In this document: piece by piece, positions 55,151 through 64,000 of the stretch | Position numbering within the stretch: position 1 is the stretch's first letter | Layout: each line of letters starts with the position of its first letter | Assembly: GCA_951406725.2 (NCBI GenBank) | Contig: OX597827.1 | Location: 5,890,001-5,954,000, forward strand | Length of the DNA: 64,000 bases | Direction: 5' to 3' | From: Octopus vulgaris | Lineage: Eukaryota | Program-made: the position numbers and the translations under genes | The notes under the pieces: model-generated | Told to the model about the DNA's origin: nothing | Database searches by the model: none | The model's input: only the letters and a program-made list of their open reading frames with translations

Positions 55151-55330
55151 ATATGAGAGAGATAGAAAGACAGGGAAAGTGAATGAATGAGTGTGAAAGA
55201 GAGAAATAGAGAGGGGGATGCATAGAAGAAGAAAGAAGAGCCTGTAGTCTTATCATGCATGGAATGTATGCTGTATCTGTTATAGCCAATGACAGGCTGT
55301 TTACGGTTCCCATAGAAGAAGAAAAATGGA
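55150..55330 (-). promoter_or_regulatory. Candidate protocadherin promoter: CT-rich tract plus NF-Y-type CCAAT box
   Basis: AGCCAATGA at 55284-55292 fits the RRCCAATSR consensus. A GA/CT-rich tract (~55155-55240) lies between it and the candidate exon. Confidence 0.4.
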
Positions 55331-57160
55331 AACTCTGCCTAGGATTCTTATAGTGTGTACAAGTAAACCTAATGAAGGCCTGAATCACTCACAGTTCCAC
55401 TAACTTATTCACCTATAATTATGTTATAGATTTATAAAAATCTCTAATTTAGTCCCGATAAAAAGTCCGCTAATTATGGAGTAGGATGTCTCTTCTTATA
55501 ATTAGAGGTAAACGACATTTAGAAAGTAGCTTTTGATGCAAAAAATCAAAGCTATGATTACAAGAAATCACTTTAATTGAAGTAATATATTATTTATTCT
55601 ATATTTGGAAAATATAGAAAAAATAATTTAAAAACACTAAAAAAGATTTGTCTCTATATAGACTTTGAGAAGTTGAAATGTTTAGACATATATGAAAGTC
55701 ATCCATTCAATCACTGATTCTTTTCTATCTGTAGGACCAATTTTTTTTCTTTTTTGTCAAAGAAAATTCAGAATTTTATGTAAGTTGAAAGATGAATTTT
55801 TCATCTTTCAACTTACATATTCATTATCAACTAAAATAATAATTTTCTTTTATTTTGTTGTTGTTGTTGTTATTGCCTTGTTAAAACTCTGCTATACACT
55901 AAACCTGTCCTGCTATACACCAAACCTGTTGTTCCAACCATGACCTTTTCATATTTTTATATATTTGGACTACTCTCTATCAATCTGTCCACCACCGTTT
56001 TTTTTTCCCATTTATTTTTTTGTTCTTATTTTTAAGACATGGGTCTGGCTGAAGGTTTGGTAACATGGCCAGTTGCATCAAGTTTCACATACTTGGTACA
56101 AGGCAGGCAGGGCACACCATGCATTTCAGTTATTCCAAGAAATATGAAACAAAAAGATATGGAAACAAGAATAAATAAATATCTTATTCTTACATTGAAT
56201 TGGATTTTGATAAACACATCATCATCACTGCATTTACCATTTATATTCTTTGTTAAACAATCAAATAACTATATATGTGAGGACACCAAATTTCAGCTGG
56301 GGCAGGGCACCACCATTAATTGTAGGGCCAGTTCTGATAGGACAGTTGAGTAGGCTAGGTGGGAATTGGCAACTATTTCTAGCAAATCAAACAACAATAT
56401 AACTACTCATTGTGTGTTTCAAGTTTAGTATTTTTGTTGTTTGTTTTTAATAACTAAGATATTCCTTTTTTTTAAAATTATTTAAATATTTTAAAGAATG
56501 TTGCAAGTCTTTCTAAGTTTAGTATCAAATCAAATATTTCCAGTGGAAGAAAGATCATGTTATTACACTAATTGCAGTTAGAAATATCTCTCACTTCATC
56601 ACAACATTTTAATTCATAACGTGTTCCTATGGCTGCAACAAATTGCTACTAAATATAATTGTTTTATTTTCATTTCTAATCACATTTTCTATCAAAATAG
56701 CGAGAGCAAGAAGGAAAAAACTGTTTGCCCATCCACATACATAAACACATATACAAACGCACATTCACAAGTGTACATACATACACTCATACACATAAAC
56801 ACACTGATATCCACAGGCATATGCATATATTTAAAACACAAATATGTACAGAGTGACAAATGGACACACAGACACACATACACAAATAGACACACATGAA
56901 TCACATGAATATTCAGTCACACACAGAGAAACGTTTCTGTCTGTGTTTGTTTCCGTGTGTGTGTGTGTGTGATTACACACACACACACACATACACACAC
57001 AAGTACATATATATATATATATATATAAATATATAAAACTGCGTGAAGGTGTATGTATATGTGCATATATATATACATACATATACATATATATGTGCAT
57101 ATATATATATACATTATATATATATATATCATCATATATATATGTATATATATGTGTGTA

Positions 57161-57196
<36 letters not shown>

Positions 57197-57213
57197 TGTA
57201 TGTATGTATGTAT

Positions 57214-57246
<33 letters not shown>

Positions 57247-57264
57247 CATACATACATACATGCA

Positions 57265-57304
<40 letters not shown>

Positions 57305-57968
57305 AAGACCTCTGTTTGGATGTTTAAACACGAAGTATTCAGATTGAATTTTTATATGTGTACAATCTTGCAAGTAATTTATTTTGATACAAACTAGGAA
57401 GCAGAAAAAGAAAAAACAACATAGATAATTAAAAAAATATATATATTAAGGCAGGAGAAAAAATATATAGCAAAAAAAAGTAAACAAAATTAATTGGAAA
57501 TGCAGAAAGCATTCATTCTTGTGGATGCATGAACAAAAAATAGTTTTCTGATGAGGAAACTAAAATTTCTATTTAACATTTTTCTAGCAGACAACAAATA
57601 TGTTTTACTTTTTTATTTAATTTCATTTTTTTGTTATATTCTATACATTATATTTCTTTTTAATTTTGAATCACAATTTTTGCAATTTCAGCAAAAAAAC
57701 AGTAAAATTTTTTTTTCTCCTCACCTTTCTTTCCTTTCCGTTTTTAAATTTTCGTTAGGCATAAAACTATTATTTGAATAGGGGGGTGGGAGGTGTTTAG
57801 CCCAAGCCAAGTAAATTGAATACCAGTGTATTACTGGTATTTGATATGCTTTCAGCGTGACAAATTCATGTACACTGAACACACCTGGACTGAAATTTAA
57901 TACCATAACACATTAGTAAATCTTTCTGATGTCTTCACTACCACTTCATATTATTATTATTATTAATA

Positions 57969-58001
<33 letters not shown>

Positions 58002-58079
58002 GTGATGGTGATGTTTTCGATGTTTGTTACGAAGCCAGCAATTAGATTGATTACAGTGATTGATTTCAGTGATTATCAT

Positions 58080-58230
58080 GTTTTTTATTGTACCGACTCT
58101 TATTGTATTGGAAATGAATGGCAAAGCTAACCTTGGTGGAATTTGAACTCAGAAAGTTAAGTACTGGAAGAAATACAATTAAGCATTTTGTCCAATGTAT
58201 TAATGATTTCACCAGTTCACCATCTTGATC

Positions 58231-58265
<35 letters not shown>

Positions 58266-58505
58266 CTTTTCTACTCAAGGCACAAAGCCCAAAATTTTTG
58301 AGGAGTGGGGCCAGTCGATTATATCGACCCCAGTATGCAACTGGTACTTAATTTATTGACCTCGAAAGGATGAAAGGCAAAGTTGACCTCGATGGAATTT
58401 GAACTCAGAACATAGTGGAAGACGAAATAATGCTAAGCATTTTGCCCAGCACGCTAACAATTCTGTCAGTGCACCACATAAAACAACAACAACAACAACA
58501 ACAAC

Positions 58506-58550
<45 letters not shown>

Positions 58551-59016
58551 CCTTTCTACTATATGTACAAGGCCTGGATTTTGTTGGGTGTGGGACAGTC
58601 GATCACATCAACCCCCAGTACTCAACTGATACTTAATTTATTGATTCTGAAAGGATGAAAGCCAAAGTCAACCTTGGCGGAATTTGAACTCAGAAAGTAG
58701 CAACAGAGGAAATTCTGCAAAGCCTTTCACCCAGCATGCTAATGGTTCTGCTATCTCATTGCCTTAAAGAATAATAATGATGATAATAATAATAATAATA
58801 GGAATAGTTCAATTTTTGACACAAGGCCAGCTAGTTTGGGGGCGGGAATAAGTCAGTTACATTGATCCCAGAGCGCAACTGGTATTTATTTTATTGACTC
58901 TAAAAGGATGTAAGGTAAAGTCAACCTCGGCAGAATATCAACCCAAAACATAAACATGGATGAAATGCCACTAGGCATTGGCCTGCATGCTAACAATTCA
59001 GCTATCTTGCTGCCTT
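58080..59016 (-). mobile_element. Array of four family B2 SINE copies separated by (AAT)n
   Basis: Copies at ~58080-58226, 58265-58478, 58550-58767 and 58808-59016, each with GGATG.AAGG.AAAGT..ACCT.GG.GGAATTTGAACTCAG-like blocks. Confidence 0.85.
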
Positions 59017-59079
59017 AATACTACTACTACTACTACTAATAATAATAATAATAATAATAATTATTATTATTATTATTAC

Positions 59080-59120
<41 letters not shown>

Positions 59121-59136
59121 GTATTAGTATTATTAT

Positions 59137-60929
59137 CCAGTAGTCTTATTTTTATAATGTGCTTTCACTGCACTACCGAGCATAGCTCTGTGTGCCTTGG
59201 GTATGTGCTGTAGTTTGCTGTGATGCTCTTATTTTTACTGTATTGAAAGTGTTTTACGTAGGATGTGTGCCCAGTAGTGCTATTTTCTTTTTTTTTTTTT
59301 TTATATTTGTTAGTCCTGGTGTTTTTGTTATGTATTTGTCTGAATTTTTTTTATCATACCTAATGCATCTACTATGATAGGAACTGTTTCTGCTTTTAGA
59401 CTCCACATTTGAGTTACCTCTATTCTCAGGTTTTTGTATTTTGAAAGATTTCTTTTAGAGAAACGTTGTCATCTGTTGGTATTGATACATCAATTAGAAA
59501 GTATTGTTTTTTTTTCATGATCTCTAACAACTATATCTGGTCTGTTGGCCTTAATTTCTCTATCTGTGTGTATCGACATATCCCATATTATTGTTGCTTT
59601 TTCATTTTCTGTGACCTTTTCTAGTGTGTGCCTATCCCAGCTTTTATCTGTTGTTATTCCATAGTGTGGGCACAGCCTCCAGTGTATGTAGGTCCCAACT
59701 CTGTCATGCCTATGAATATATTCTTTTTTAGCCAGGACTGGGCTGCCAGAGACAATATAATTTGTTGTTTCTTGTCTATCTTCACATATTCGGCAGTTAC
59801 TTGTTATGCTTCATTTCATTATATGTTTTTGGTAATTTCTGGTGGGGAGGCTTTGGTCTTGTGCTACAATTAAAAATCTTTCAGTCTCTGCTTTGAGTCC
59901 TGAGCTTCTCAGCCAATGCTGGGATTTTGCTTTGTCTGTTTCTTTTGCATTTAGTTAAGCCCAATATTTGCCATGAAGGAGCTTTTCTTGCCATTGTTTT
60001 ATCATGGCTCGTTGCTGTTCTAGTTTTAGTTTGGATTTCATTTATTTTACAGCTTTTATTGTTTTTTTCTTTTTCTTCGTAGTTGTTAAGTAGTATGACT
60101 TCTTGTTTGTATTTGTCAGCTTCCTTAAAGACTGAAAACAGTTTTTTGTTTTGTTCGTGTTTTGTGGCTATTTGTATTAGTTTTCCTTGCTTCTGAAGAA
60201 GTTATTTTTCCAGTCCTAAAGTGGTTATTTTGTAATAATTTTCTAGTTGTTTAAGACCTTTACCACCTCCTATACATTATATATATGACCTTTCTATGTC
60301 AGATTTTTGGATGGTGTGTCCTAAATCCTGTCATTATTTTTCTTGTTTTCCTGTCTATTTTGATCAGTTCATTTAGTGTCCAGTTAAGGATATTCTAGCT
60401 GTAACTTATAACTGGGACAGCTAAAGTGTTGATACCTGTTATCTTGTTTTTTGCATTGAGCTCTGTTTTTAGTATTGATCTAACTCGTCTATAGTATTCT
60501 TTCTTTATTTTCTCTTTCATGTGTGTGTGTTGTATCGCATCTAGCTCATTGATTCCTAAATATTTGTATGTCTGGCTTTGGTCTAATTCTCTTATTTCAT
60601 TTGCTTTATCTAGTATGATGTTGCTACTCTTAACTAGTCTTCCTCTTTTCAAGGTTACTTTGGCACATTTTTCTAATCCAAATTTTTCATATTTATTTCT
60701 ATGGTAAATCCATGTACTGTCTGTAGTATTGTTTCTAGCTGTTTATCATTTGTAGTGTACAGCTTTAGGTCACCCGTATATAAGAGGGCAGCTGATTGTT
60801 TTGCCATAACTGTTGTATCCGCATCCAGTTCTGTTTAGCATGTCAGATAAAGGTATCAGTGCCAAGCAGAAACGGAGTGGAGAGAGTGTCTCTTCTTGGA
60901 ATATTCCTTTTCTAATGCGGATGGTTTTG
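59137..60929 (-). mobile_element. R4/Dong-clade non-LTR retrotransposon, older 5'-truncated copy
   Basis: RT remnants IRKGIFQEETLSPLRFCLALIPLS, YTGDLKLY, YKYLGI, KTELNAKNKITGINTLAVPVISYS; C-terminal WLRSSGLKAETE and WDMSIHTDREIKANRPDI. Stops and frameshifts present; the 3' end abuts the (TTA)n array. Confidence 0.85.
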
Positions 60930-61068
60930 GACAGTGGGGTTCCTCAATTATCTCTAGAAGACTTCCTGTATCAGGAGGTTCAAATCTCTATCATCCTACC
61001 CATCATTTTTTGTTTACCTCTGTTTACCTTTATTATTATTATTATCATCATCATCATTATTATTATTA

Positions 61069-61110
<42 letters not shown>

Positions 61111-61145
61111 TTATTATTTTTATTATAATTATTATTATTATTATT

Positions 61146-62191
61146 CTATGTTTGACTTTTGCTTTATATTTGTACAAGTTGGCTCCAAGTCTCACCCAGA
61201 GACCTCAAGAGACAACAGGGTTGGAAGTTCATGTTGTTGTTATGCCTAGTGTGCCATATATTTGGGGGTGGGGATGTTGTACTAATGAATGTCTAAAAAA
61301 AAAAAAGTTTTTTTTTTAAACCGAAAATTATGGTTGTTTTAAACCTTGAGGTTACATAGAGAGTATTTTGCGTAGGATATGAGCAGTTCCCATGAGCACT
61401 ATCTTTTGAACTTCTGCCATTTTTGGGTTTCCTGGTATCTGAGTTAGGTAGCTATCAGCCCCTTTTGCTATCATTCCCAGGGCACCTATGACAACAGGTA
61501 TTGTTTTAGTCTTCAGCTTCCACATTTTGCTGATTTCTATTTCAAGATCTTTATATTTGCTCAGTTTTTGGTAGGTCCTGACAGATACGTTTATATCGAT
61601 TGGGACAGTCATATCAATGAGGAGGCATGTTCTTTGTTTGAAGTCTTTCAATATGATGTCTGGCCTATTTGCATCTATCTTCCTGTCAGTTTGAATGGTG
61701 AAGTTCCAGAGGAGTGAGATGTGGTCATTTTCAAGCACTGGGGGTGGTTTGTGTTCCCACCAGTTTTTTTCATGGGGCAAATCCAGGTTTTTACAGATTA
61801 CCCAGTGAATATATTGTGCAGCTCTATCGTGCCTGTTGAGATACTCTGTAGGCACTAGAAGACTGCACTTGGAGACCACATGGTCAATGGTTTCATTTTG
61901 TTGCTTGCATACATGACACGTTGGACTGCTTCTGATCTTTAATATGTTGGCCTGGTAGTTTCTTGTTGGTAGGCATTGATCTTGAGCTGCTATGATAAAC
62001 CCCTCTGTTTCAGATTTTAAGCCAGAGGCCATTAGCCATTGATGGGTCAGGGCTTTGTCGATATCTGCATTATTCGCTCTCTTTGGGTATTTGCCATAGA
62101 GAGGTTTTTCTTGCCATTTATTATTCAGAATATCTAAGGCCGCAGTTTTGGCACGGGTTTTCATGCGCCTAGCTTTTTCTGTGCTTGTTTC
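61146..62191 (-). mobile_element. R4/Dong-clade non-LTR retrotransposon, younger 5'-truncated copy within (TAA)n
   Basis: Uninterrupted ORF 62164->61352 with CCHC knuckle (CHVC...ETIDHVVSKC), RHD, and PD-(D/E)xK endonuclease (NRPDII...LIDMTVP...KLSKYKDL), plus PVVIGALG. Flanked on both sides by (TTA)n. Confidence 0.9.
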
Positions 62192-62292
62192 TTATTATTA
62201 TTATTATTATTATTATTTTTATTTTTATTTTTATTATTATTATTATTATTATTATTGTTATTATTATTATTATCATTATTATTATTATTATT

Positions 62293-62952
62293 GGGCATTG
62301 CTGACTTGTGGGGTTATGTTGAATAACCACTGTCACATGTGGGATGGATCCGTCTGTCGGCCAAGTCTGTAGTGATGATTGCACTGCCATTCAATCAGGC
62401 AGGCAAAGCAGTTTTCCTTTACCTGGTGGCCGTGGTGAAAGAAGTTGTTTTGTGGACAAAAGCTGAAAGGCACAAAAGACAGATACATTCCTCTTTGGTA
62501 GAGCTTTCCTTGATTTCTTCAAGTTTCACTCGAAAAGAAAACTATGAGTGGAGAGGGGAATACTGTCCTCAAGTGAGTTTATTGAAAAGTGAGTGAAAGT
62601 TGGAAAAATGGCAAGAGTGGATGCTACCTCTCTGAGTGTAGACTTGTGAGTAAGAGAGCAGGAAATGGAGAGGGCACTTGCTCTTAGGATTTCAGGGAAA
62701 TCTTCGACAGGGGTTCCTTGATTATCCCTAGAGGCCTTCCTGTATCAGGAGGTTCACATCTCTATCATCCTACCCACCAATATGTTTTTCTTTACCTTTG
62801 TATGCTAAGCATATGTCTCTTCTTTTTCAGGGCATACCATGTATGCTTACTTTTTATTTGTTGTATCCTTTCATTATAAGTAAACTTCCACCCTTTATGT
62901 CTGTCTTTGTATGTCCACCTCATCCTTCATGCTTGTGGCAAATAAATGAAAT
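62293..62952 (+). mobile_element. L1/Tx1-like LINE 3' end (ORF2 C-terminus and 3' UTR), decayed
   Basis: GIADLWGYVE*PLSHVGWIRLSAKSVV...FLYLVAVVKEVVLWTK / FLDFFKFHSKRKL*VERGILSSSEFIEK*VKV resembles the post-zinc-knuckle region of Tx1-type ORF2 (recall). Ends AATAAATGAAAT followed by (CAT)n/(TAT)n. A second 3' UTR fragment lies at 60930-61030. Confidence 0.55.
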
Positions 62953-63047
62953 CATCATCATCCTCATCATCATCATCCTCATCATCATCATCATCCTCAT
63001 CATCATCATCCTCATCATCATCATCATCCTCATCATCATCATCATCA

Positions 63048-63088
<41 letters not shown>

Positions 63089-63098
63089 GTCATTATAA

Positions 63099-63314
63099 TC
63101 TTTTCTGCTGTAGGCAGCACAAGGCTTGAAATTTTGAGGGGGAGGGCTAATCGATTACATTGACTCCAGTGCTCAACTGGTACTTATTTCCTTGACCCTG
63201 AGAGGAAGAAAGGCAAAGTCAGCCTCGGTGGAATCTGAACTCGAAATGTAAAGACAGACGAAATACTGCTAAGCATTTTGCCTTGCATGCTAACAATTCA
63301 GCCAGCTTGCTGAC

Positions 63315-63348
<34 letters not shown>

Positions 63349-63862
63349 TAATAATAATAATTTAAAAAATTATTATTATTATTATTACTATTATTATTAT
63401 TATCATCATTATTATTATTATTATTTCAATTTTTTTTGCCATAAGGTGGGGATGAATCAATTACATTGACCCCAGTGTTCAGCTGGTACTTAGTTTATCG
63501 ACCCCGAGAGTATGAAAGGCAAAGTTGACCTTGGTGGAATTTGAACTCAGAACATTGCAGCAGACAAAATACTGCTGAGCATTTCGCCTGACATGCTAAC
63601 GATTCTGCCAGAAAAACCACCTTCAAATCATCATAATAATAACGACATTTTCAAATTTGGGTTCAAGGGCAACCATTTTGGGGGGAGGAGTTAAGTCAAT
63701 TACATCGACCCCAGTGTTTTACTGGTACTTAATTTATCGATCCCAAAAGGATGTAAGGCAAAGTCGACCTCGGTAAAATTTGAACTCAGAATGTAGCAGC
63801 AGACGAAATACGGCTAAGCATTTCACTTGGCATGCTAATGATTCTACCAGCTCACTACCTTC
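63099..63862 (-). mobile_element. Array of three family B2 SINE copies separated by AAT/TTA repeats
   Basis: Copies at ~63099-63317, 63425-63625 and 63648-63862. Confidence 0.85.
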
Positions 63863-64000
63863 AAACAATAATAATAATAACAATGATAATGGAGCTTTTA
63901 GCAAAAGTGCCACATCTGGCAGATGTCCTGTGGAGCAGAGCAGGTCCAGGCATAATCAAGCTGAACATCATCAATGAAGGAGATTAAAATAGGTAAAAGG

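Noticed and set aside
58080-59016. Regularly spaced repeats superficially like a CRISPR array
   Set aside because: Units are diverged ~210-bp SINE copies separated by microsatellite; eukaryotic context and no cas genes.

Overview
AT-rich, repeat-dense animal genomic DNA, most likely octopus (inferred from the protocadherin sequence type, the tRNA-derived SINE families and the extreme microsatellite density). The only supportable host gene is a minus-strand protocadherin. Its large exon (42825->40327, ATG at 42741) encodes a signal peptide, six cadherin repeats, a TM helix and part of the tail. It splices in frame to a 151-nt exon at 28828->28678, and there is a candidate non-coding first exon and promoter near 55.0-55.3 kb. 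The rest is transposon and simple-repeat DNA: at least four SINE-like families, remnants of RTE, R4/Dong, L1/Tx1-like and Penelope-like retroelements, a decayed Tc1 (DD34E), a fold-back mariner derivative, non-autonomous Helitrons and MITEs. The most notable observations are a (TAA/TTA)n-centred retroelement nest at 58-64 kb, where a Tx1-like LINE shares its 3' tail with a SINE family; non-canonical Ca2+ linkers in the protocadherin; and inverted young SINEs bracketing the ectodomain exon. Almost all other ORF-track entries are microsatellite translations. All coordinates and alignments were read by eye; no searches were run.
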